Shown: positions 10,401-19,700 of the stretch, in pieces | How the letters are laid out: each line of letters begins with the position of its first letter | How positions within the stretch are numbered: position 1 is the first letter of the stretch | NCBI GenBank assembly: GCA_013177855.1 | Contig: JABLYA010000005.1 | Span: 7,426-71,425, forward strand | Origin: Ignavibacteria bacterium | GTDB lineage: Bacteria > Bacteroidota > Ignavibacteria > Ch128b | Reading direction: 5' to 3' | Length of the DNA stretch: 64,000 bases | The notes under the pieces: generated by a model | The model's database searches: none | Told to the model about the DNA's origin: nothing | The model's input: the letters and a program-made list of their open reading frames with translations, nothing else | Made by a program: the position numbers and the translations under genes

Positions 10401-13012
10401 ATTAATTCACCAAATGGTGAAACATTTAAATAGTTTGCAAACTGATTATTTATTTCACTATAACTGACAGAAGAATTACAGAAATGTAAATTTCTAACAC
10501 GAAAAGTGTATTCATTCTCTGTAACTTCATTAAAAAACCAACCCGGTATTTCACCATTAATTGTTAAATAATTTGAGTCTAAATTCTTTATAGTTGTTAA
10601 ATAATTAAATATTGAACCTGTTGGAAATATTTCAGTATCAGTAAAATCTGTTGAATATTTTCTAAATGAAATTATAATGTGGTCACCTATCTGACTATAA
10701 CTATAAAATGTTGGATCTATTATAAAAACTGTATTACCAGACCAATTATACATTGTGTTTGAACTTGAACTTCCACTCATTGTGTAATATAACTCACCGT
10801 ATTGGTTTGTTATAACATATTGATAATCTAAATAATTAATAATTATGTTACTATTAGTTGATGAATTTGGATAAATATCATAGGGTATCCAATCATTTGT
10901 TTCTTTTTGTGTTCTAGCAACAGCATAATCGGTAAATAATATTTTGCAAGGATTGCTCAGTGTATTACCAGAAGAATCAACCACTAGTTCTTTACATGCT
11001 GTAATATCATAATCTATATTATGTTTTATAATCCAAGTGTGTCCTTCTACAAATGTTTTTTCTTCTCCTATAATAGGAAATTGTGTTCCTTCATTTTTTA
11101 GAAAAAATTCTTTTCCAGCATTTGAACCTAATTTAACATAAAATATTGCTCTCCAAGATGATTTTCTTGTTAATAATATATTAGTTAATTTTAAAGTATA
11201 ATTATTTGAAACTTCATAAATATCATTTTCTTGTGTTAATGTTTGGTTTAATAACAAAACTAAATGACCAGGTTTCAAGGCGACACCATCAATAATAAAA
11301 TGTGTTATTGTTAAATCAATATTATTTGTTGTAGCAACATCAACTTGATAAAGATTTGACATATACTTGTCAATAATATTATATTCGTTATACATATTAT
11401 TCAGAGATTTACCATCACCTGTCATTAATGAAATATTATAAATATCATTTGTGCTTTTAGCAAAAGAGTAACAAATACCATTAAAACATTTTTGAAATTT
11501 AAAATATGTGTCATATGTTCTTAATGTATTAGCACTTGTAAATATATCATCTCTATAAACCATATTATAAATTGGTTCTGGTTCTTTATAAAATGCTCTT
11601 ACTTTAATATCATATAACTTTGATATTTGATAACACATATTGTATGTATCATAACCATTTATATATCTAGTCGCAAACCAATTTCTTTTTTGTATAATAT
11701 TGAAAAAAGTTGGATTTTCTTCATATCCTTTAAATACATGTTGTGTTGCACCAAAAACAATACTAAAACCAGTACTATTTAAATCTTCAGCAGTTAATTT
11801 ATAAATATCACACCATAAATCTGTTTCGCCTCCATATATACTTGTCTCATTTGTCGAATTCCAAATACCAATAGCAGGAAATACATAATAACCATCTGGA
11901 CTAACTAAAAATGTTCCATTTTTTGATATTGTCTTGGAAATAATTTCTTGTGAATATGGTTTAGCATAATTTTTAAATTGTTGTGTTCTTGTACAACCAG
12001 AATTTAAATCAATAGTTACTAATCTATCATATGTATAATGTGTTATATTGTTATCAAAATACCATTGTTCATCAGCATTAAAGGTAATACCTGAATCACA
12101 CATGCCATAAGCAGATTTTGTAATTTTTAATTCAATACCACATATAGTAGCACCACTTGGTATATTAAAATTAAAATCGTATGCTACCAAATCAGGTGTA
12201 TCAACTTTTCTAATATAAGGATTACTATTAGGTGATAATATGTTGGCATACGTATTATCAAATGTTATTGCAGATGCCAAATTATTCCAAGCAGATTTTA
12301 ATTCTGCATCGTAAATATTTAAATATGAATTGTCTATTAAATATGTTTTATTCGTAGATGTCTTAGGTTCATTGTGCTCTGTAATTAATAGAGGATTATA
12401 ATTGTCATTAATATAATCAACACATTGTTGTGCTGCAGATGCAATATGTCCTATTTGATTTATAATATTTTGTGTATTTAAGTAACCTCTACCTATTGAT
12501 GTATAACCAACATTGGCACTAGAATAATATACATTAGACCATTCATATTGTGATGGTAAATCACTTGGTGCTGCTTCAAAATATCTATATAAACTACCAG
12601 AATTGTCTTTATAAAATATATAACCACCATATGGTCCAATATCTCTTAAATCATAAAGATCAACCTCTTTTGTAAAAACTCTAGCAGGTCTAACTTTATG
12701 TGCTAAATCAAGATCTTTTTGAACTCTGGACATAGAACCACTCGTAAAATTAATTCGCCATATACTTGTTGAATTATATTCTGATGATGTCCAGTAATAT
12801 GAATTTGAAAATCCACCTACACCAAATACTTTTAAATTATCATACATAGCTTTCATTTCATCCTTACTAGGAAGAAACCAATCATTTACTACTACATAAT
12901 CAGGAATACATTGTTTTATTTTATTTGGACTCATCCAATTTGTATGTCTTCTTATATTAGACATACCTGTATTTGTATCATATTCTATTTGTTGTTGCCA
13001 AAACCAACTCAT
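7457..13012 (-). CDS. Giant tail-fibre-like / receptor-binding protein with two DUF1566 domains and SBBP-like beta-propeller repeats
   Basis: 1851 aa. It contains DWFLPSKDEMKAMYDNL...YWTSSE...VRPARVF and NDWYLPSWDELTLMYNNL...YWSSSE...IRPIRNF. The C-terminal NWVKTLGGNNQDYATDMIVYD...VSGYY pattern is SBBP-like. Confidence 0.65.
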   Translation of the reverse strand: MSWFWQQQIEYDTNTGMSNIRRHTNWMSPNKIKQCIPDYVVVNDWFLPSKDEMKAMYDNLKVFGVGGFSNSYYWTSSEYNSTSIWRINFTSGSMSRVQKDLDLAHKVRPARVFTKEVDLYDLRDIGPYGGYIFYKDNSGSLYRYFEAAPSDLPSQYEWSNVYYSSANVGYTSIGRGYLNTQNIINQIGHIASAAQQCVDYINDNYNPLLITEHNEPKTSTNKTYLIDNSYLNIYDAELKSAWNNLASAITFDNTYANILSPNSNPYIRKVDTPDLVAYDFNFNIPSGATICGIELKITKSAYGMCDSGITFNADEQWYFDNNITHYTYDRLVTIDLNSGCTRTQQFKNYAKPYSQEIISKTISKNGTFLVSPDGYYVFPAIGIWNSTNETSIYGGETDLWCDIYKLTAEDLNSTGFSIVFGATQHVFKGYEENPTFFNIIQKRNWFATRYINGYDTYNMCYQISKLYDIKVRAFYKEPEPIYNMVYRDDIFTSANTLRTYDTYFKFQKCFNGICYSFAKSTNDIYNISLMTGDGKSLNNMYNEYNIIDKYMSNLYQVDVATTNNIDLTITHFIIDGVALKPGHLVLLLNQTLTQENDIYEVSNNYTLKLTNILLTRKSSWRAIFYVKLGSNAGKEFFLKNEGTQFPIIGEEKTFVEGHTWIIKHNIDYDITACKELVVDSSGNTLSNPCKILFTDYAVARTQKETNDWIPYDIYPNSSTNSNIIINYLDYQYVITNQYGELYYTMSGSSSSNTMYNWSGNTVFIIDPTFYSYSQIGDHIIISFRKYSTDFTDTEIFPTGSIFNYLTTIKNLDSNYLTINGEIPGWFFNEVTENEYTFRVRNLHFCNSSVSYSEINNQFANYLNVSPFGELIHFSSLDDKIRSSVIENSDYFRYFDFTTINISVSGVSAYTFDTKNAYQSYKLKPFLENLGQIPVNMYNESYLLSSQYVIEEMDTNWAFQGHTFTDSYFPIQSSLYKIIPNNKAKLLDFKPFTYIDFGLLYKVGGIPYTPYYFTTNSSRTLIYEVTDEYMLIEKPRIDIGISANTFDLINVSKIQDISDILYDIYLNYPHSHYYKYPDNIYTKICSQYALILKENEFVRNLTTGIIYQEDGIFNFDIFNTEIDENLNNIYDVNLTYKPIELIDVGIDKKTKLPYPLELKDLNIKYIDLLWYTGISHDSIVFDELTYHLNTTFVNNELYVNIKYQGIYDFAGNTTNVLYNSNEYLRNDATLVFDANTLVEKDLLYTYFIASPTATVYSYIKDIKIDDYNNKYYIYHTGRDNFSSYLLFANPSATTDAITKIDSDSIPSSIYQSHVLMYNEQNEIITAITYKSANATETCVIQDHVTVQNKHYDFVSADINYYTKYNNDGLNNILLDTYYNKKTCAIIAYEQDYKTILWYKKFFASQTNIQDTDTINSYTSNDTSLKIIKDDTNSYLYVSNRIPASNMLKSVSNDGSISTCIVTNNNYNYISLLKISTNGLYNWGKAIYTMDFNSPTDTNHFVKKMLYYEDNVYMLIKAQGRLLYEGVEYGVNNSVVYNDWYLPSWDELTLMYNNLHLSGIGYFNDDILSGTTPSYWSSSEYPASPSNFALRRQFLSGYSGITSKSSNLKMLIRPIRNFTSDLNYNIGDIGPSTGWIFYKVDNLNGTYTYYEVAPNDLNGSYAWSNVTNLSVGTSTSVGSGLANTNAIIAQPGHTTSAAYLASQYSIEVFNNNWNIFVFSFTKDGNLNWVKTLGGNNQDYATDMIVYDGLYGKYLLVSGYYNQSTVLDNNILYCQNTGSYMVKLNMLNGSVVGIKNKTCTEEIYINSMNIVNDSVYISGYYKGSAYFGGNRYPDNFKTTPKYSVFVEEIKINSF

Positions 13013-13036
13013 TTATAGTTTATTATTTTCTTTGGA

Positions 13037-13047
13037 TTATATATTAA
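13037..13047 (-). promoter_or_regulatory. Conserved 11-mer TTAATATATAA (minus strand), candidate late promoter, 24 nt upstream of ATG 13012
   Basis: The same 11-mer occurs at a similar distance upstream of six or more genes. Confidence 0.5.
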
Positions 13048-13130
13048 AATAGTAATGTTAAAAGAAAATAACTTTAATTAAAAAATAGATTTTCAACTTT
13101 TATATATACCATTATAAAAATATAAAAAAT

Positions 13131-13268
13131 AATAAGTTAACTTCATTAGAAGGTGCCCCAGAAAAGGTTGAAGGTGATTTTATTTGTTATGATAATAATT
13201 TAACTAAAAAAGATATAGAATGGTTAAAACAAAATTCTAAAATAAAAGGAAAAATTATATGGAAATAA
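13131..13268 (+). pseudogene. 3' remnant of an LRR-like repeat gene (no start codon)
   Basis: NKLTSLEGAPEKVEGDFICYDNNLTKKDIEWLKQNSKIKGKIIWK is nearly identical to the end of 13270..14703. Confidence 0.6.
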
Positions 13269-13269
13269 T

Positions 13270-14703
13270 ATGAAAAATTATAACAATTTCATAATAGAAA
13301 AAATCATTCGTAAAGAAAACATAGATGTAATTTATAATAAATATTATAAAAACATTGATTATGATATATTTAAGAAATTATTTCATCAGATCCAACATCT
13401 TGGATAGATGGAAATCTTTATTTCGGTAAATATTGTAAGTGGCTTTTAAACCTTTATAAATCAAATAAATTAAAATTAGAAGACCTTTATAAAGTAAAAG
13501 ATTACATAGAACTATTTAATAAACAATCTTTAGAAATAAATTACCCGTTAATAAAAGAGATATAAATTTATATGATTCACTAGGTGAATTAGCAAAAACT
13601 ATAGAACCTTTTAAAGAAAGTGAAGAAATTCTTTCTAAATCAGAAATAAAAGATAAAAATTTTGTAAAGGAGTTTAAAAAATTTAATTTATACATCCCTA
13701 GAACATATGAAGATTCATGCATTCTTGGTAAAGGAACTGAATGGTGTACAGCCACAGAAAAAACCTCTAAATGGTATAAAAAATATCATAAACCTGGAAG
13801 AGAATTACTTATATTCATTTCTAAAACAGATTCAAAAGAAAAATACCAACTTCATTTAAGATCAAAACAATTCATGGATAAATTCGATGAAAAGGTTGAT
13901 TTAAAAACATTTTTAAATGAAAATGAAGATATAAAATATTGGTTGTTAAATAATTATAATAAAGAATATGGAAAATATTTTAATGAAAATTCTATTAAAT
14001 GGAGAAAAAATACACTGATAGGTTCACCAAAAATAGTTGAAGGTGATTTTATTTGTTCTTATAATCAATTAATTTTATTAGAAGGTGCACCAGAAAAGGT
14101 TGAAGGTAATTTTAATTGTTCTTTTAATCAATTAACTTCATTGGAAGGTGCACCAAAAATAGTTGAAAGTAATTTTTATTGTGATAATAATAAATTAACT
14201 TCATTGGAAGGTGCCCCAGAAAAGGTTGAAGGTTATTTTAATTGTTCTTATAATCAATTAACTTCATTGGAAGGTGCTCCAGAAATGGTTGAAGGTAGTT
14301 TTAATTGTTCTTATAATCAATTAACTTCATTGGAAGGTGCTCCAAAAATAGTTGAAGGTGTTTTTTATTGTCTTATAATAAATTAACTTCATTAGAAGGT
14401 GCCCCAGAAAAGGTTGAAGGTGATTTTATTTGTTCTTATAATCAATTAACTTCATTGGAAGGTGCTCCAGAAAAGGTTGAAGGTGATTTTTATTGTTCTT
14501 ATAATAAATTAACTTCATTAGAAGGTGCACCAGAAATGGTTGAAGGTGATTTTTATTGTTCTTATAATCAATTAACTTCATTGGAAGGTGCTCCAGAAAA
14601 GGTTGAAGGTGATTTTTATTGTGATAATAATAATTTAACCGAAAAAGATATAGGATGGTTAAAACAAAATTGTAAAATAAAGGGAAAAATTATATGGAAA
14701 TAA
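13270..14703 (+). pseudogene. CTS-like leader, then a GTEWCTA (PcfJ-like) domain, then 10 x 22-aa LRR-like repeats. The frame is broken about 3 times.
   Basis: MKNYNNFIIEKI...; ILGKGTEWCTATEKTSKWY; NQLTSLEGAPEKVEGDFYCSY repeats. Frameshifts lie near 13383, in 13500-13545 and at 14365 (one t missing relative to sister repeats). Confidence 0.6.
14021..14640 (+). repeat. Coding tandem repeat, 66 bp x about 10
   Basis: Repeated ttaacttcattggaaggtgc(t/a)ccagaaa(a/t)ggttgaaggt... units are read directly in the sequence. Confidence 0.85.
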
Positions 14704-14727
14704 TATGAAAAATTATATGGAAATAGT

Positions 14728-14830
14728 GTGAAAAATTATAACAATTTCATAATAGAAAAAATCATTCGAAAAGAAAACATAGATGTAATTTATAATAAAT
14801 ATTTGATTATGATATATTTAAGAATTTCAT
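14728..14830 (+). pseudogene. 5' remnant of a third copy of the LRR-family gene (GTG in place of ATG)
   Basis: VKNYNNFIIEKIIRKENIDVIYNKY repeats 13270..13345. It is preceded by a 22-bp local duplication at 14704..14740. Confidence 0.5.
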
Positions 14831-15322
14831 CAGCTTGAGAATGTTCCTGATGAATTTGATTCGTTGGTAAAAGAAAAGGTTACTTATTTGAAAAAAAAAG
14901 CATTCGCTGAAACTAAGGCTGAAATTGAAAAAAGTTATACTGCTGTTATTGTAGATTTGCCTGTGACTAAAAAGTTGTTCGCTATGAAGATGTCTATAAA
15001 TAAAGATTAAATGTAGGAATAACAGAATCTGTTGAACATAAACAAAGTATCTAAGGATTGGTTAATATCATTGTTTACAAATTCATTACACTTTTCTTTA
15101 TCACAAAAGTAATAGATTGCATTATTTACTTAGTAATAAAAATTTAGAATAACGATAGAGGATAAATTTTAAGATGAAGAATATTTATGAATATGAATAT
15201 TTAATAGACTTATTATATCATATAGATACACAGGTGTTACCACCAAGAGAAGAAATATTTTTGACTTGATAAAAAATTAATTTATTCGTAAAGAAAATAT
15301 AGATTACACAAATTTGAAAGGT

Positions 15323-16066
15323 TTAAAATCCTATATTAATATGTTGTTCTTTTAATTCGTGCCTGTATTCGTATTTAATAATCTCTTTTAATAACCAAGC
15401 ATCATTAATATCTTCCAAGGGTTTTGGAAATGTTTTTAAAGATAAAATTTCTTCTACATTTTCATTATAGAATTTATCTAATATACATTTATTATGTGAT
15501 TTTAAAATCATTTTAAACATATCTTTCTTGTCAAAATCACCACCTTTCTTACCGTCTTCACTTGTATTAATTATTTTGACAATTTTTTCTTTCTTTTTAC
15601 CAATATTAATCATTTCATAACCATAAATCATTTCACATGCAATAAGTTTTAATGATTTTGGTGCAATAATCTTAATCTTTTTAATATTTGGAATATTTTC
15701 AAAAATCTTTGATCTTACAATAGAGCCAATACCAACCAAATCTATAATTTGTGATGAATCCTTTCCATATGAATAGCCTTCAATATAAATAATTGTTGGT
15801 TTAGTAGATACAATTGTATTAATTATATCTTCTATTAAATCATTTGAGATTTTTGAAAAATTTTTAAGCTTATCTATTTCAGAATCAGAATAATTATCTT
15901 TTGAATTATCATATTCATATGTTTTGATTTTGACAATATTTTCAATACATTTATTCCATTTGTAAGTAGGTTTATTTGTATTGTAAGAAAATATGTATTC
16001 TTTTTCATCAGTTTCAATTACCATAGAAGTTGAAACCTTTGATATATCTATTCCTATAAAATTCAT
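15323..16066 (-). CDS. RuvC-fold Holliday junction resolvase-like nuclease
   Basis: N-terminal FIGIDISK, IIYIEGYSYG and C-terminal EDINDAWLL match the D/E/D(D) arrangement of RuvC-like resolvases. Confidence 0.6.
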   Translation of the reverse strand: MNFIGIDISKVSTSMVIETDEKEYIFSYNTNKPTYKWNKCIENIVKIKTYEYDNSKDNYSDSEIDKLKNFSKISNDLIEDIINTIVSTKPTIIYIEGYSYGKDSSQIIDLVGIGSIVRSKIFENIPNIKKIKIIAPKSLKLIACEMIYGYEMINIGKKKEKIVKIINTSEDGKKGGDFDKKDMFKMILKSHNKCILDKFYNENVEEILSLKTFPKPLEDINDAWLLKEIIKYEYRHELKEQHINIGF

Positions 16067-16503
16067 AATATTCCAAGGAACTTACTGGATAATAATTTTT
16101 TAGCTTTTTCAATATCCACGAACCTTGCCTCATCTACTTCTTCTAATTGAAGTTTATCTTTAGGAATTACAAAAGAACCATTAAAATACTTTTGAAATTC
16201 ATCTTCATTTAATTGGTATCTAAAAAACCAATAATGTTTGATACCTTTACTTTTTATAACTGGTTCTAATTCTTCTTCTTTTGATTTATCCAAAAAATCA
16301 CTTGGTAAATAAACTTTTAACTCTTCTTTAATTTCTCTTATTGCAGTTTCTTTGTGATTCTCACCATTTTCAACATGACCTTTAGGATATGACCATTCAT
16401 TATATTTAAAATCTGTTGGATGTACTAATAAAATAGTGTTTTTATATCTAAACACAATTCCAACAGAACCATAGTCTTTTAAATTACTAAATTTTGTAAT
16501 CAT
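16063..16503 (-). CDS. Nudix hydrolase
   Basis: Nudix box GHVENGENHKETAIREIKEELKV (G-x5-E-x7-REUxEE). Confidence 0.8.
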   Translation of the reverse strand: MITKFSNLKDYGSVGIVFRYKNTILLVHPTDFKYNEWSYPKGHVENGENHKETAIREIKEELKVYLPSDFLDKSKEEELEPVIKSKGIKHYWFFRYQLNEDEFQKYFNGSFVIPKDKLQLEEVDEARFVDIEKAKKLLSSKFLGIL

Positions 16504-16799
16504 GATAATAATTTATATTTATTATTTAATGCTCTTTCAATAACACCACAAATAGGTTTATTGCCAATTATGTGAGCATTATTATTATAACATCTAAAGC
16601 CAATACCATAATGAAATGTCAATATTATATCAGCAGATATTTTTAATCCACCATTTTGTGCTAAATAAATTAATTGATCATCATCAAAATTCTCAACTAA
16701 ATGTTTGACAGTAGGTCTTAAAGTTACCTCATTGTAATTATTTTCTATTAAAATATTTAAACATTCTTTTATCATAATATTTATATAATTTTTAATCAT
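16500..16799 (-). CDS. Hypothetical protein
   Basis: The ORF overlaps its neighbours by 4 and 8 nt, which suggests translational coupling. Confidence 0.5.
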   Translation of the reverse strand: MIKNYINIMIKECLNILIENNYNEVTLRPTVKHLVENFDDDQLIYLAQNGGLKISADIILTFHYGIGFRCYNNNAHIIGNKPICGVIERALNNKYKLLS

Positions 16800-19700
16800 T
16801 CAAATAAATAAATCCTTGATTATCAAACCAGTAATATTTATTTCCGACATTTAAATAATTATAATCTGGTATATGGAAGTTATTATTAACAAGAACGTAA
16901 TTTTTGCTTGTTGAAGTATTAATCATTTTATTAAACTTCTGAGCAATTCCATAATCGTTATACGAGACTGTTTCAATGTATAAGTATTCGTCTATAAATT
17001 TATCAATATTAAATGAGAAATTACCTAAATCATTTTTCATCAACTTATAGTATTTCTGTGGTATCAATTTATTTGAACCATCGGTTGCTTTGCTGAAAGT
17101 TTGTATCTTACAAGTCCAACCACTTGGTGATATACCAGTTTTTGTATAGAATTCTATTTCAAATAAATAGTTATGGTCAAAATTTAAAGTTTCTGTATAA
17201 GTAAAATTGACTACTGTTGTTTCATTTTCATTAATAGCTGATATTACTTGATTTGAAACATCATAGTTTTGATAATTATTATTGATGGTTTCGGCAACAC
17301 CTGTAATATCTATAAGATTTGATGATAGTGGTAAAATATTTCTTTTTAACCATCTCTTCAATTTATTTAGTTTAGTCTGGACTTCATCAAGCGAATACAT
17401 CAAAATATTATTACCGTCCTCATCAGTAATTCTATAAGTTAGATTAAATAAATTTGTTTTCTTCCAAGAGCCAGTGTTATATTTACCACTAACATAATCT
17501 GTTTTAGTCCAACCTTTAACTGTATTATCAAAAATATCAGGAATTAATACTTTATGTAATTTCTGATACAATGGTGAACTAGGATTAACATTTTTATAAT
17601 ATTCATTTAATTGTAAATCATTCCAACCAAAGAAATTAATAGCATTAATAACAGATTTATATGAACCAATGTAATTATAAATTTCTGGATATTGAAGTAA
17701 CATTTCTTTTCTTTTACGATTTAATAATGTGTAATCAATACCATGTTCTTTAATATCTGATTCTATAAACATATGTTCATCATCTTCATTTATTTGAACA
17801 CCAAGATTGTTTAGAACAATTCTAAACCTTTCATCTTCAATTTCAGTTTCACCTAAAACATTTAATTTCAAAATAGGTTTAGGTTGAACTTTAATTTCAT
17901 AATAATATCCATTTGAATTACCACTTGTATTAAAAGATTTGAAATTATTTCCATTATTGAAACTAAAATCTCTATAATTTTCATATACTTTAAGAGTTTT
18001 ACCACCAACCCATTCAATTAAAAATGTACCATAGTTTTCAAATACGGTTGTACCAGTTGTTGATTGATCAATAAAATCTATTGTTATTGGTTGATATTTT
18101 TCAAAACCATAATCAATAAAATTAAAATTTAATTGGTCTATATCAATTATTAATGTACCAGCGCTTGTAAATGTAAAATTTACACCGTTTGGATCATTTA
18201 AAGAATTAGTATAACCAGAAAATATTATATTTTCAACTTTATCCATTTGAACAGTTGTTTTTGAAACACCTTCATTATTTGAGTTAAAACCTAAAAATAC
18301 TTGTAACGGTGTTGGTGTGTAATCATATTCAGTTGATGAATTATATCGGTCTAATAAAAAATTCAAACAATATGAACCATCTTTTCCTCTAAATACGGTT
18401 TGTTGTTTTGTTGGATCTGAAACATAATTAATATCTTTATTTGGTTCATCTCTTAAAATTATATTTGAATTTCTTTCAGAACAAACATTTTCTGTGTCCC
18501 ATAAAGGTAATGGTCCATTATATCTTAAATCTTCACGATTTTGAAAAGGTTTTAAATGTTCACCGCTTATGTCATAATAAAATATATCTTCGGAAAAAGG
18601 TTCTACAAATTTCCAAGAATAATAAATATCTTTTACAGCACTTTCTCTAGGTTTTCTTAAAAATCTATCAACATCTAAAGTTAGAATTCCAAAATCATTA
18701 TAGAATAATCCTTGATAAGATAATTCAATAATAGTTTCAGTTAAACCGATTATGTTATATTGAACATTATTTTGTGGATAATTAGAACCAGAAAGTCTTA
18801 TAATCATACCTGTTGAAAAACCAAGATCATAAAAACTTTGTGTAGAAGAAGATGGTGATATTTCAATTTCATTTCCAGAAATTGCTATAAATTTATTTTT
18901 TATTTCACTAACAATTTCATAATCGGAATAAACATTAACTTTAACACGCAATGTTCTAACTTCTACATTAGGATAAATAGCTGAAATTATTAATGTGTTT
19001 GCTGAATTACTTAAACTAAGACCATTTTTAATAAACAAACCAGCATATTTGTCTATGAAAAATTGTATTGTAGTTTCTGTATCACCTGTAAAATTAACAT
19101 AATAATCAAAATCATTTAATTCTATATTGAAACCAAAATTGGTTTCATTATTATTTAAATTAAATTTAATTTGAACAGAATAATTCTTATTAAAATTTGT
19201 ACTATCATTTGGATATACTATTTCATTAACTAATTTGTCATTAAACTCTATTAAACATTTATTAATTAAAGAATCAGTTATACCTGTTGTAGTAACCAAT
19301 ATATTATTTAAATAAAGATACGGTATAAATTGTTTATCAAATGTATAATTAAATGAATATAATGAATGTACATTAATAGTGCAAGATGATGTAGTAAGTC
19401 CTGATGAACAATATACCAATATTCCATAGTTTTCTAAATATTCACCATATCTTGTATTGAAAGCGTCTATTGTTTTATAATAGTCTGGTAAAGTATCAGA
19501 ACCTTTTAATATTTCTTGTTCAAAAGATATAATATTGGAAGTATCATAAGCCACAACATTTTTAGTAAAAATTTGTGGATATGGTGCTGGTATAGACATT
19601 GTACAAACTATCTTCTTAACCTCATCTATTGTTATCAATTTCTTTATATTATATGTGTTTATAACTGTTTCAGGAATAACATATTCTTTTACTTTTATTC

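Noticed and set aside
14021-14640. Regular 66-bp repeats considered as a possible CRISPR array
   Set aside because: No unique spacers are present. The units are contiguous, in frame and encode a 22-aa LRR-like repeat. The same reasoning applies to the 42-bp, 24-bp and 18-bp arrays.
14830-15322. Non-coding-looking 0.5-kb stretch examined for tRNA or ncRNA
   Set aside because: No GC-rich cloverleaf-like segment or conserved structure is visible. It contains a start-less ORF fragment (..ENVPDEFDSLVKEKVTYLKKKAFAETKAEIEKSY.. ending at 15010), so it looks like gene debris.
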